Below, piece after piece: positions 12,652 to 25,628 of a stretch of DNA of 64,000 nt. The notes below the pieces were generated by a model. That model did not search any database and was not told where the DNA came from. It worked only from the letters and a program-made list of their open reading frames with translations. Source of the stretch: Octopus vulgaris (taxonomy: Eukaryota); contig OX597826.1 of assembly GCA_951406725.2 (NCBI GenBank), positions 53,320,001-53,384,000 on the forward strand, read 5' to 3'. Position numbers and translations under genes: made by a program. Numbering within the stretch: position 1 is the first letter of the stretch; each line of letters starts with the position of its first letter.

Positions 12652-12953
12652 GGAGGCGCAATGGCCCAGTGGTTAGGGCAGCGGATTCGCGGTCGTAGGA
12701 TCGCGGTTTCGATTCCCAGACCGGGCGTTGTGAGTGTTTATTGAGCGAAAACACCTAAAACCTCCACGATGCTCCGGCAGGGGGTGGGTGGCGATCCCTG
12801 CTGTACTCTTTCGCCACAACTTTCTCTCACTCTTTCTTTTTTTGGCCTGCTCGCTTAGCCAGCGGGGTGGCATCATTTGAAGGCTAAAACAATGCGAAGC
12901 GCATTGTGACCAGCGATGTGTAGCAACATCTGATAGCCTGGTCGGTCACGGTG
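12652..12953 (+). mobile_element. Group A tRNA-derived SINE (short tail type)
   Basis: Same head and core, tail ...gcattgtgaccagcgatgtgtagcaacatctgatagcc. TSD attacaaagtt at 12641-12651 and 12954-12964. Confidence 0.92.
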
Positions 12954-13408
12954 ATTACAAAGTTAAATATACTTACGGCCCACACATCCCTTTTACTCCT
13001 TATTCATAGGATTTTTTAAATAAAACTCTTATATATTATTTAAAGTACTAGCTGTTAAAACTTATTATATAGGTTATTCTTATCTTCTGTTTTCCCGATT
13101 TGCTTTCTTTTATCCAATTGTTCATCAGTGAAATAATATGAAGACTTCTCAACTTTCAAGAATTAAGGTAGCAACTTACGAAAGGCTTTCGTAATCTTCA
13201 ACAAGCTGAAGATTCTTTGTGTCTGGAAGTTCTTTTGTTGCAATGTTACTAAATATTTCAATTGCTGAAGATATAGTAAAATGTGGAAATACAGCGTTGC
13301 TATAATCTGTTTTTTAAGTTCATGCGGAGTCGAAGAATTTCAAATCGAATAAAACTGGTGTCCTGAAAATCCGAGAAAAGCAAATGCAGTATCTTTAAAC
13401 ATTTTATA

Positions 13409-13804
13409 CGAGCAAAACGCTGTCCCGTCCAATGGACGGTGCTGAGTTGTCAAACATTTAAACCAAATTTTCTCAAAACAACTTTTCCGACCGTCCCATA
13501 GGCCTCCCCTTTGAGAAACACTGATTTAACCAAAATTTGAGACACCAGCAAAAGAAGAAATATAGACTTTTTTCTATTCCAAGAAAAACGATTTTACAAA
13601 TGCACGTTCCCATGGCTTTATCGATCGCATTCTCGCCTGGAATCGATTTTTGTAATTTTTTCAAGACTTATGCACGCCCTGATACCATCAGTATCTACAT
13701 ATCAAATTTGAGCGCAATCGGGTGGAGGATGCCCAAGATCCTAGAAAACACACAGACAGACAGACAGACAGAACGGATTTTATGTAATAGATTATATATA
13801 TAGA
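13409..13804 (-). mobile_element. Non-autonomous Helitron-like element
   Basis: Subterminal hairpin ccgtcca-a-tggacgg (13425-13439) near a CTAG-like end. The other end is (caga)n..tatatagat, i.e. a TC start on the minus strand. Confidence 0.6.
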
Positions 13805-14054
13805 TACACACATAACGAACATTAAGTTACCAGGAGAGAATATAACGTATTTTCTGCTAAGGTTATCATGTTATAATAAGTGTTATATTTTAATATTTTA
13901 AATTTTACTCGTTGCTCTTACACACAGAAACAATATTTATTTTCTTACTGACGAGTGAATTGTATAATTATGTTTTATTTTCTTTGATTTTAAATAAAAT
14001 TATATCTTCAGTAAACATTCTTATCAAATATATAACTTTTATCTTTTGTTGCAG

Positions 14055-14170
14055 CTTTAGATTCTCAAAATGTGATGGTTAAGAGTGAGGTATTTGAACT
14101 GCTGTCTGTCCTGTGTATTTATTGTCCGGAGGGATATGAAAGTACTCTGAATGCTATAGATATGATGAAG
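14055..14170 (+). CDS. INF2: INF2-like formin, coding exon A (DID/GBD-FH3 armadillo region)
   Basis: ttttgttgcAG acceptor and GTaata donor. Reads (A)[38 protein letters not shown], closely matching the remembered INF2 segment [28 protein letters not shown]. 116 bp, phase 1 to 0. Confidence 0.92.
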
Positions 14171-15164
14171 GTAATATTTCATTTTATTATTCATTATATT
14201 TAAAAACAAAACACTTTCGCATGATTTCTGTTCTCAATTTTACCTTCAAAAGTTAGCAAAATAAAAGCATACGTAGACCTTTCCTTAGCACTCTCTTTCT
14301 GAACAAAACCCTTTCATGTTTTATAATCAGTTAAATTGTCAAATTTAAAGGTGCTGTAAATGCTTTTTTTAAACACTGCTATAAAAATATCAATTTTTAG
14401 AACTTATGACTAAGTACCATCTTCTCTAACATGCAAGTTGACATTTTCAAACAAAAATATATAACACCCTCACACCACCACCACCACAAACAAAGAAAAA
14501 AGGTAGGTCGACTTATACACCAAAACAACTTTAAAAGATGAAAAACAATTCCTTGTGAAATTCATCAGGATTTAAAAACATAGTGACGATGTTTGAATGT
14601 TTACATATTTACACTATATACAACTTGGACTAGTATGCCAGAAAATTTCATTGACTAGACAGGAATCTTCTACTGGATGGTCTATCGCAAGTTTTCGTAA
14701 CCTATTAATCAAGACTGGATAAAAAGAGGGTGATAAACACGTTTTTCAAGATGATCAGTCATTAAACGTGCATTATAATTAAAGCTTTATATACGTGCGT
14801 ATGTATGTGTATGTATGCATATGTATGTATATACATATGTATGTGTGTGTATATACATATGTATGTGTGTGTGTAATGTGTGGGTAATATGCCTATGTAT
14901 CTATATATACACACACACACATTTATATTTAAAAAATTATATATATATGTGTGTGCGCGTGTGTTGAATTCCCGACATACCAAGATATCTCTTGTGACAT
15001 ACCAAACGGGTTCTCTATCTAAAACCCAAATTATTGGTATGAAATTTAAGAAGGCCAAGAAACGTCACTCTTAATTTTGTAATCAACTTGTAGAATCCAG
15101 ATTGTATGTTTTAGGAAAGATTTTTGTTACTCATCGAATGTATTAAAAAAAAAGGGACACTTTC

Positions 15165-15810
15165 TGTGGGAGTCACCACGTACGATTGTTTTGGAATTTT
15201 GTACATAAATGTTTTACATGCATATTACGAATATCATATTCACATTTTTGGAGAAATTAATTATTAAACGGTTATGAACCTTTAAAGATTAAAATTTTTA
15301 GTAACTTTACTCACTCAGAAGCCTCCCTTATGAGCATACCGGAAATCGTCATAGTCATGAATTGATAATGTTATGGGTATGGTTGGGGTTTAAGGTTAGA
15401 ATTTAGGGTTTAGAGTTAAGGTTTGTAGTGCATTGCAACCGTTTATTACAAACATTAGCTTTTTTCTTTCATTTCATAATAGTTCATATCTTTTCATCTC
15501 TAAAGTATTACTGCAATAAAATTTTCATCTTTAACTGTTTCATTAATGTTTTCATTTTCTTTCATTAAATTCTTTTCATATATAAACATTAAAAAAGTAA
15601 ACAAAACATGGTAATTTCAATTTCCGTTATGTCAACAATGGAGGCTTCTGAATGGGTAAAACCATCAAAGAATTTGATTCTTTAAATGTCCGTAACTTTT
15701 TATTATTATTATTATTAATGTCTCCAAAAACATGAAACTACCTTTTTTTAATGGGCATACAAAGCTACAAACCATGTAGAAAATTTCAGAAACATTTGGC
15801 ACAGGAACTC
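15165..15810. mobile_element. Old non-autonomous DNA element with long degenerate inverted arms
   Basis: cactcagaagcctcc..cataccggaaat (about 15312-15347) mirrored by atttccgttatg..ggaggcttctgaatg (about 15620-15654), with weaker symmetry outward and an internal ggtt(t)a(g)-type repeat. Confidence 0.55.
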
Positions 15811-16037
15811 TAACGGAATAGAGCCGACAAAAGCATATATGGTGGGAATATAGTTTATGCTTTATACATATGTATATATATAAATATATATATGTTTTTA
15901 TGTTCAGTTATAATGAAAATAAATTTACACGAATCTGGAGGGTTACTCCATATTTTGGTAGAGTACAAATTTATTATTCTTAAAAAGAGAATATTATTGA
16001 CAATGACTTCAAAGTTTCGGTCAACTAAGCCATCGTT

Positions 16038-16088
<51 letters not shown>

Positions 16089-16094
16089 TACCCA

Positions 16095-16235
16095 GGCATA
16101 TTCCCCATTTTTTAGGAGTGGGTAGCCATAACAAGACACACACTACGCATACGCATTCCATTCATTTTCCAGTTCAAAGAGGTGAGCCCCGTTCTATGCT
16201 CGGATCAAGGTATAGAACGCAACCCCCAATAATCC
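16095..16235 (-). mobile_element. 3' UTR fragment of the same RTE family as 6020-8370
   Basis: 16158-16200 is the reverse complement of 8308-8350 with few mismatches. Lies between (TA)n runs. Confidence 0.7.
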
Positions 16236-16283
16236 TAAAAGACAAGAAAAGGGTGGGATAAGGCTAACACCTAATCTCACCCT

Positions 16284-16319
<36 letters not shown>

Positions 16320-17017
16320 CTGTATATTTTGTTATACACCACTGGTTAAACGAGCTTCCTCTCATTGTTGTAGCTGTCGAATGATAGCACCCTCTGCTGG
16401 CTAGGTGGGCAGGCCAACATTCTTCCTTGAACGGAAAGCCAGTTTGTCGCAGAGTTAGCCATTTACAGCTGAGTGAAATGAAGCGATTTGCTCAAGAACA
16501 CAAAGCAGCGCCGGTCTAGGAACCAGAACCACTATCTTGCGATCGTGAGCGCTATACCCTAACAACCAGGCCACGTCCCATTACACAATCACACATACAC
16601 ACGCACATACATACATACATACATACATACATACATACATACATACATACATACATACATACATACATACACACATGTACGTATGTATAATGTACTGTTC
16701 CTTGATGGTAAGATCAACAACAAATGTACTCCATCTGGTGAGAAATAGCTATTATTTAATAGACACAACACATGCTTTTATGTACTACTAATAGTTTCTT
16801 ATGCTGAGAACATGCCAAATAATGAATTACAAAATGTGTGGCATCCCAACACAGTCATCAGGCACAAACCACATAGCGCAACGTTTCTTCTATCATTCCA
16901 TTTTTAGTTCGTTATAATTTGTGGTTTGTGCCTTATGACTGTAATCGTATGTTACACATGTTATAAATCAGTCTTTAGCTTGTTCTCAGCATTAAAAAAA
17001 ACATGTACTGTGCCTAT

Positions 17018-17055
<38 letters not shown>

Positions 17056-17317
17056 GAGTCAATTAAGAGGTATAATCTAAAGACGTTATCCTGTTCTTTT
17101 CACTATAATATAATGGCAGTGTACTTATGATGAGATATTTATTCTCCTTTATTGTATATGTCTGAATGAAAAGTATCATGATATCTATTAAGGTGAGTAT
17201 TAAAGAATTTCGTCTTCATTTAATTCTAACCATTATTTCAAAAAAATTGAACATTGCAATATCGCGCCACTTGTTAAATGTTTCTGCAATAAACATTACC
17301 TTATATATATATATATA

Positions 17318-17620
17318 CTAACAGTATCGCCCGGTGTTGCTCGGGTTTGTAAGGGAAATAACTATATAAGCATTTTAGAGAGTTACTTCCCTTATATAAA
17401 ACCGAGCGAAAAATGGATTAAAAATGCGGGAAAAATGATGGTAAATTTTTTTTTAAATCGTAGACTCATTGTAGACGCGCGTTAATACCCAGAAGGGCTC
17501 GATATGAATCTCGACTATAAGATAGCCGCTTTTGGTTAAACTGCACCGCAAAATGTGGGAGTAGTTAGGAATCTAAATCGGAGTAGACAGACCCACACAC
17601 AACTACAGTTTTATATATAA
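17318..17620 (-). mobile_element. Non-autonomous Helitron-like element
   Basis: actaac..cccgg-tgttgc-tcggg hairpin end and agacagac..ttttatatata other end, inserted in (TA)n. Confidence 0.55.
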
Positions 17621-18219
17621 AAATATATATATTTTAAGGCATTAATAGTTTGATGATAAACAAGGTTTTCCGACGAAATGTTAATGGTGAATGTGTTTTA
17701 GATATAGTTAAAATGGCTTAGATATTTAGGTTTGTCAAAGGCAAACTTCTTAATTAAATTTAAATCATAACTGGCAAAAAGATTCATTATTCTGTTCTAA
17801 GTCATTTATCGTTTGGTGGTAAACAAGGGATTTCGAATTGCTAATAATCAAAGAGTTAGAGATAGTGATCGAACCGAGGAAACCATGTTTCCATTGCTAT
17901 TTTCATAATGCTGCTGCCATCTGTCGGTCGGTCGTGGTTCCTGATAGAGAACTCGTCCCGCGTCCCCGAGAAAAATATCTAGAAGTGTCACAGAAGTATT
18001 TTTCTTCTTTTTTTTCGGGGTAACAGGGCGAGATTTGATCCCAGAATTCCTCGACCCGAAACAAATAACACAATGCATCCCATTCTCCGGTCTAACGATC
18101 CATCAGTTTGTCGCCCTCGATGAATCCTTAAAAGATGAAAAGAGAATTTGAACTCAGATACAATGAGACGTTCTATCAAACCACTCTAACAACTCTGCCA
18201 ATAAACAATTTTTCATATT

Positions 18220-18833
18220 TGGGGACAACGCCAGTAATTTTGGGAGGTGTGTGGTGGCGTAAGCCCATTACATCGACCCCAGTGCTCAACTGGTACGCCA
18301 AAAGGATGAAAGGCAAAGTCGATCTCGGTGGAATTTGAACTCAGAACACAATGAAAGACGAAATGCTGCTAAACATTTTGCCCGACGTTCTATTGATTCA
18401 GCTAGTTCGCCGTCTTAAGCCGTCCCAAATATTGATTTCAAATTTTGATACAAGCCCAGTAAGTTCGGAAGAGTGAGGGAGTCGATTACATCGACCCCAC
18501 CAGTGTTTAACTGGTGTTTATTTTATCGTCTTTGAAAGAATGAAAGGCAAAGTCGACCTCGACAGAACTTGAACTTATAACGTAAAGACAGACTGAATGC
18601 CTATTTCTTTACTACCCACAAGTGGCTAAACATAGAGGGGACAAACAAGGACAAATAAACAGATTAAGTCGATTATATCGACCCCACTGCGTAACTGGTA
18701 CTTATTTAATCGACCTCGAAAGGATTAAAGGCAAAGTCGACCTCGGCGGAATTTGAACTCAGTACGTAGCGGCAGACGAAATACTGCTAAGCATATCGCC
18801 GGCGTGCTAACGATTCTGCCAGCTCGCCACCTT
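18220..18833 (-). mobile_element. Cluster of group C SINE units
   Basis: Repeated aaggcaaagtcgacctcggcggaatttgaactcag motifs, with two tail types. Confidence 0.88.
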
Positions 18834-18907
18834 AAGCCATCTGAGATATTAATTAGCCTTTTTCTAAAGTTTGTCAATGACTAACATTTTCGTTGAATAT
18901 AAATAAG

Positions 18908-19103
18908 GCTTTCTCCGTCCGGGTTGCGGATCCGTGGAATAAGCTGCCGGACGAGATAGTGAAGATGCCGACGACCGCTCGGTTCAAAGTCTCTCTTGAC
19001 CAGAAATGGCCTGAACTCTTTGCATGAACACCCTCCCTGTACATAACTCCATGTCCCCCTACATGACCTTGCTTTTTGCTTTTTGCGCCAAAATTAACTT
19101 AAG
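18908..19103 (+). mobile_element. CR1/L2-type LINE 3' end (heavily 5'-truncated)
   Basis: Translates AFSVRVADPWNKLPDEIVKMPTTARFKVSLDQKWPELFA*, the typical CR1-group ORF2 C-terminus (FS.RV...WN.LP..V......FK..LD), followed by a short UTR. Confidence 0.8.
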
Positions 19104-19396
19104 TGAGAGCAGAGATTGAATTATGAATTGTTCGAGGTGGGTGAAGGTGGGGTGAGACTTATTTATCTGAGATATGATATCAGAAGAATATTGACCAAAC
19201 AAACGAGAATATCGTCCCTTATATATATATAAGACACACAAACAGAAGTAAGCTGCCTATTTTATTACAGCTGTTTGAACAATGGAGTGGCATGGAAAAG
19301 TGATAATTACTTGTGAATATCTATTTCTTTCTATTTCTTTCTAAAGTCTGGAGTGCATGCATGCTGTTTATTTTCAAATGTGTTGTTAACGTCTGT

Positions 19397-19427
<31 letters not shown>

Positions 19428-19529
19428 TCAACGCATGTAAATATATATATTTGTATATACATATAAATATAAACGTACATATTTAGATATATCTGTTTGT
19501 CTATCTATCTGTTTATCTATTTATCTCTA

Positions 19530-19693
19530 CATACATGCATACATGCATACATACATACATACATACATACATACATACATACATACATACATACATACAT
19601 ACATACATACATACATACACATACATACATACATACATACATACATACATACATACATACATACATACATACATACATACATACATACATACA

Positions 19694-19727
<34 letters not shown>

Positions 19728-19857
19728 CATACATACACACATACATACATACATACATACATGCACATACATACACATACATGCATACATACATGCATAC
19801 ATACATACATACATACATACATACATACATACATACATACATACATACATACATACG
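19530..19857. repeat. Long (CATA)n microsatellite
   Basis: About 330 bp, directly visible. Confidence 0.97.
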
Positions 19858-19960
19858 TAAATAATCTATCTCGAGTTAAATTATTTCAAGTCTCTCGAAA
19901 TTTCCAAATTCTAAGATATATATATATATATACACACACATACATACATACATACATACA

Positions 19961-19991
<31 letters not shown>

Positions 19992-20134
19992 TATATTAAA
20001 TTAGAGATAAAACCACTATTAGGCAAATCATACAATGAAAAACTTAAGCCAATACATAAGATTAATTAATTTATATTATTTTAGATATATATCAAAATTA
20101 TTAAAAAAAGATAATTAGTATAACACTACGATCG

Positions 20135-20177
<43 letters not shown>

Positions 20178-21699
20178 ATCCAAACATGAAAGCACAAAAG
20201 AACACAACAACGCGAGGAAGTAGAACAAATATAGTAATATATATATGTATACTGGAATTTAGAATTTATAAATTTTATGTTAGTCAAAGCAAACCGTACG
20301 ACGAGGCTGGAGAAAGCACAAACAAGTTTGTTAGTTATACCAACAAAGGAAACATCGCTTAGGATGTGACACAAACTAACGTCACGAAACTAGAGGTTGC
20401 CATTATTATTTGCTTTAACGATATAATCAGACTGATGTCGACTGTTTATGATGATGTTATTTAATTAACATGGATTAACATGGTACTAGATATACTTTGT
20501 AACCTGATATCTAACTGTTAGTCGAAAATATTTTTATATTTACTTGAAACAAATATTTACACCCATTTGATGAACTGGTATTTACTGGTGTTGCTACTTC
20601 AAACATGAAATGTTCCGTTGTTCTTCAATTCTGTTGGTAAATTATCCAGAATCTTCTATAAATATATCTATCTTTTTAATTCCGATTATATGGCACTAAA
20701 TTGGTGAATCTACTGCATCTATGCATCCACAATGAGAATGGCAATGGTTTGTTAGCATCACAACAATTATAAAAGAGGTTTCGAATATGATTGTTGCTAG
20801 AAGTGAGTCCAGGAAGGAAGAGCAGTCAAGTTTTTATCTTGTGTTCAAATTTCGTAAACAAAATATAATTAAACCTATTTGAAAGAAAAAAATAACAATG
20901 AAAATATTGGGTTTGAATATAAAATATGACCAAGTTTTTCTTGTATTAAAATAATCGGCAACATTAGCAGCAGGAGTGGTAGTAATAGTGTAACTACATC
21001 ATTACATTAATATTTATGATGATGATGACATCAGAAACGAAACACAGAATTTGACACATCAACAAAAACAATCTTAGAAAAACTTTTTTAAAAAGGTCAG
21101 TACAAACCAATCATGGGCATCTCATCCTCCTGTCACTTAAAACAGTCAAATGGTTCCCGTAGGAGTTTTAAACCAACTTTTCCAAATCTTTTCGTGGGAG
21201 CTAGTCGGACGATGATGGACGGACAGACGTCCCGTTTTCGATTTCACATTAAGAAACAATCCTTTGAAAATTCTTGTTTTAAAAATGATATTGAAAATCT
21301 ACTGGAAAGTTCTCTGGAAATCTATCAGGTAGGTCTCTTCGATTTCCTCCGTTCTCATAAACAAATGAGTTATATGTGTGTTCGTTTGAGTTTTTCATCA
21401 CACTAAGTTACTAAACACGATACACATTTATTGGAGATTGTTTTGTATGAACTCTTTTCAAATTTTGGACTTTGACCACACCAACTTCCATTAGAGCCAG
21501 TCGAGATCTTTTATTTGTCACGTGTTCACGTGCTTTGTAATTCTACGCATCACGAGGAAATGTATCTGTCAACAAGTAAATATTTACTTTGCCGGATGAC
21601 AAATATTAGAATCTTCACCGATAACAATTTGCAAGAATATGTAACTGTGATAGTTTTAATTTACATCCTCAATGCTCCCGATGAGGACATACTACATAT

Positions 21700-22080
21700 T
21701 GGTTTTAAATTTTGGCAAAAGGCCCATAATTTTGGGTGAGTGGATAAGTCGATTACCTCGACCCCAGTGCTCAACTGGTACTTATTTTATCGATCGCGAA
21801 AGAATGAAAAGCAGAGTCGATCTCGACGGAAATTGAACTCAGAACATAAAGACAGACGAAATGACGCTAAGCATTTGTCCCGTACGGTAACGATCCTGCC
21901 AGCTCGCCACCTTGCAGTCACACTACATATTCTTTTCTACCCTAGGCACAAGGCCCTAAATTTTGAGGGAAGGGGCCAGTCGATTAGATCGACCACAGTA
22001 CGCAACTGGTACTTAATTAATCGATTCCGAAAGAATGAAAGGCAAAGTCGACCTCGGTGGAATTTGAACTCAGAACGTAA
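21700..22080 (-). mobile_element. Two group C SINE units
   Basis: Family motifs as above. Confidence 0.8.
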
Positions 22081-22859
22081 GGCACACTACATATATTATC
22101 TTAGTATTGTTTGAAACAACAATGTCAGAGAGTAATTATTTGGTTCCATCTCTTCGGTAGTAAAGATTGGACCTAGGATGCTTTGAGGTCCCGACAAGAA
22201 TTGGCAAACTCAAATTAAGTCAAAGTTGCAGCGAAGTCTGAAAATGGTATTGAAGTCAATTTTTCTCCTTGCCATTGGCAATGCTGTGAGGAAAGTTATG
22301 AACATCACAAATTCCATGAAATGTTGTAAACAGAATTGAATCAACTCCAGTATATTCTATCAGCTTTACAGAGAAGTCAAAGTTGATCCTGATGGGGTTT
22401 AAACTCAAAGCAAGAATAAATTATTCAATGTATTTAGCCCAATCAAGCACACACACACACACACACACACACATTACAAATGAGTTTACAGTGCTGTGGT
22501 TTCTACAACCATTTTGGGGGGTTCAAAACTGAGCAATAAACTTTCTATGCTGGAGTCAGGACGGATTGATAAAATAAGTACATGGCATTATTGTTTTTAA
22601 TATTAATCCTTTTTCTTCCAAGCTGGGAAATAAAACTTCGACTATTTGGATGGCATTCAGCAAGTCTTTCGCAAGTCTTTGTTACTTTCCTCATGAACCG
22701 ATTCCTTTCACTTGACTTACCTTCAACTGTTCTATGTCCACTGTCATTTGCTTCCCAGCTACAAGATTCCAGGTTCAGTCCCTCTGATGGCGGCGAGCTG
22801 GCAGAAACGTTAGCACGCGGTATTTCGTTCTACTTTGTACTTTCCAGGTGGTGTTTGCC

Positions 22860-23330
22860 TTAATGCTACCTTAGGTATTCTTTCTCAGTCCACTCCGAAT
22901 GCAGGGTCCAGCCATCTAGGTCGCCGCCAGCATTATATTTCAAGGACAACAGTTTTGCAACCAATTTTCCAGTGCAGCTTTTCATTTCAAATTTTGTTAG
23001 ACCTAAAGATTTAACAGATTTCCTCAGGTATCTATTGTGGATTGCATTGATATAATTCATTCACTGGACAGATTTGACATTGTTCAGATAGAGAACACGG
23101 CGTATCAAAGAAATATACCAATATTATTGCGATGTCTCTTATTACTAATAGTTTTAAACTGAAAAACGAAAATGATTGAAGACGCTTGGCTAGTCCTAAT
23201 TGATGGAGGCATTATACCTTCGTCTCAAATATACCCTCATTATTCATGATGTGTTCCAGGTGGACTTATAAATACATTACACAATACCCTCTCGAGGGCA
23301 AAAAAGTTATATTTCATCAATTGCAAATTC
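22860..23330 (-). mobile_element. Degenerate RTE LINE fragment
   Basis: Minus-strand remnants resemble INAIHNRYLRK and LRWL...R...ERIPKVA of the RTE C-terminal region. Boundaries approximate. Confidence 0.55.
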
Positions 23331-24042
23331 GCTTTAAGTTTATTTGCAATGCTTTTCGATCTTAATGGCATTTAACTTGTTGTTTATGCATCCTTAGAAA
23401 AGTATTACCTTACATGCTGGTGTCGCCACTAGCGACACATTATCAAGCTATATAAATCTTTCAGAGAACTCCTTCAAAGTTTACTTGCGCCAACAAATAT
23501 CTCATCCTGCCATTGCCACATTGAAATACTTCGGAACTTTCAAAATATATTTGGAAATTGAAAGATTAAGTAGAGACGGGGATTTTACGGGCAGTATTAC
23601 ATAAGATGCAAGCATCTACGAACAGAGAAAAATGAGGAAAACAATGCCTCACAGAAAAATACCATATAAATCATCATCAGAGTCAATCTTACATTTCAAG
23701 GAAAGCGAATGATTTCGACGAGCCAAAACATGCTCAAAACATGCTCCTTTGACAACTTGAAAGCCCCATCTGTCTCCTTAGAAGAATGCAGTGACGGGTC
23801 ACAGCAGACTTCAATGATCTAAAACGCTAAAGTCGTCAGCAGTCATTCTACTCCTTTTTTTGTTCCATGCCTCTTATATGCACGGCGACTCGAAAAGCTG
23901 ATTAAACGAAACCGTAGTCCGTGATAACAATCGGTGTTAATCCCACGCGAAAACAAAATCACACACGTAAACACGCTAACTCACAAGCACACACACATGC
24001 ATACATACACACACACACACATGCACACACATATGCAGATAG

Positions 24043-24077
<35 letters not shown>

Positions 24078-24107
24078 TATACATACATAAATATATGTAT
24101 ACAAACA

Positions 24108-24142
<35 letters not shown>

Positions 24143-24540
24143 GCGTACCTTCACACAGTACTACACATATACACAAATATATACATATATACATACAATT
24201 GAACATATGTATGTGTATAAGTGTGTGTGTGTGTGTGTGTGTGTATGCATATACATGTGTGTGTGTGTGTGTGCGCGCGCGCGCACCTGTATTTATTTAT
24301 GTCTGAGCCAATAGGGATTAGACCCAAGACCGCAGTTTCCTTCGATTAGACTTTCTTTTCTATTTCTGTAGAAGTTTTATTCCTATGAAATGCATTAATT
24401 CTACGGAGGTGCCCGATCTGTTGCACGAAATCGTCCGAATGCTTTTCTTAGTTCTACTACAGGGAATGCAGACTAACTGCACGGGGTTGACCGAACTTTA
24501 ACATCTATAAGAAAGGACAGCTGTTAACTCTGTTTTTCTG

Positions 24541-24600
24541 TCTTCAAGTCTCCGCTGATGAGTCGAACTTTATCGACGAAACGAGGTCTGGTCTTGAAGA
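24541..24600 (+). ncRNA. Type I hammerhead ribozyme motif, intact core, sense strand of a formin intron
   Basis: UCUUCAAG-UCU-CCG-CUGAUGA-GUCGA-ACUUUA-UCGAC-GAAA-C-GAG-GUC-UGG-U-CUUGAAGA: 5-bp stem II, minimal stem III, GUC triplet and an interrupted stem I. Confidence 0.75.
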
Positions 24601-24848
24601 AAAGAAAGGTATCCATTTATGTACGTATGTATGTACCTAGGCATGCATGTAGGTACGCATATAGGTATGTGAATGTGTGCGTGTATGTATGTATGTGTAT
24701 AAAAATGTATGTATGTTTGTATGTGTATAAAAATGTATACATTTATATATATATATGTATACATATGTGTATATATTTATATATGTGTGTGTATACGTGT
24801 ATATGCATGTTTATATATATGTATATATATATAAATATATATATAAAG

Positions 24849-24982
24849 TTAATCCAAACATGAAAACACAAAGAGAAAACACAACAACGCGAGGACGTGG
24901 AACAAATATAGTATTATTGGACGCTCAGGAAAGAAGGGAAGAAGGAGGGTTTAACGTTCCGAGCGGAGCTCTTCGTCAGACG
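24849..24982 (-). mobile_element. Penelope-like terminal relic next to (TA)n, with a mutated minimal hammerhead at 24952-24979
   Basis: Minus strand CUGACGA-A-GAGC-UCC-GCUC-GGAA-CGUU-A (GAAA changed to GGAA). The same terminal sequence gttaatccaaacatgaaa..caacaacgcgagga also follows a (TA)n run at 20173-20238. Confidence 0.5.
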
Positions 24983-25200
24983 TACACACACAGATATATG
25001 CTCGGTACCCGCAAGTATATGTGACTTGATAGCATGTTCCGTGTTTTAGTTAATTCTTTAAGTTGTCCATCTAGTCGTGAAGACACATAGATGCCCTCTT
25101 GTTTCACCCACCCTTGATAATTAATTCTATTCACTTGAGAGAGCTGATGGGCTTTTTGGTCACAACACAAGTCGAGGAGTTCACGAATTTTATATCTATT

Positions 25201-25628
25201 TTTACTTTTTTTTTTACTCTTTTACTTGTTTCAGTCATTTGACTGCGGCCATGCTGGAGCACCGCCTTTAGTCGAGCAAATCGACCCCGGGACTTATTCT
25301 TTGTAAGCCCAGTACTTATTCTATCGGTCTCTTTTGTCGAACCGCTAAGTGACGGGGGACGTAAACACACCAGCATCGGTTGTCAAGCAATGCTAGGGGG
25401 ACAAACACAGACACACAAACATATACACACACATAAATATATATATATATATATATACATATATACGACAGGATTCTTTCAGTTTCCGTCTACCAAATCC
25501 ACTCACAAGGCATTGGTCGGCCCGAAGCTATAGCAGAAGATACTTGCCCAGGATGCCACGCAGTGGGACTGAACCCGGAACCATGTGGTTGGTAAGCAAG
25601 CTACTTACCACACAGCCACTCCTGCGCC
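25201..25628 (-). mobile_element. Group B SINE, full length
   Basis: Reverse complement of 34815-35220, including the internal (TA)n. Confidence 0.92.

Noticed and set aside
15375-15425. Telomere-like ttaggg-type motifs
   Set aside because: Few and degenerate, internal to an old inverted-repeat element.
19497-20069. ORFs of HTYI/MYVC repeats (also the LSLS, ERER, VVVM, YIYI ORFs elsewhere)
   Set aside because: Translations of microsatellites that lack stop codons; no coding signal.
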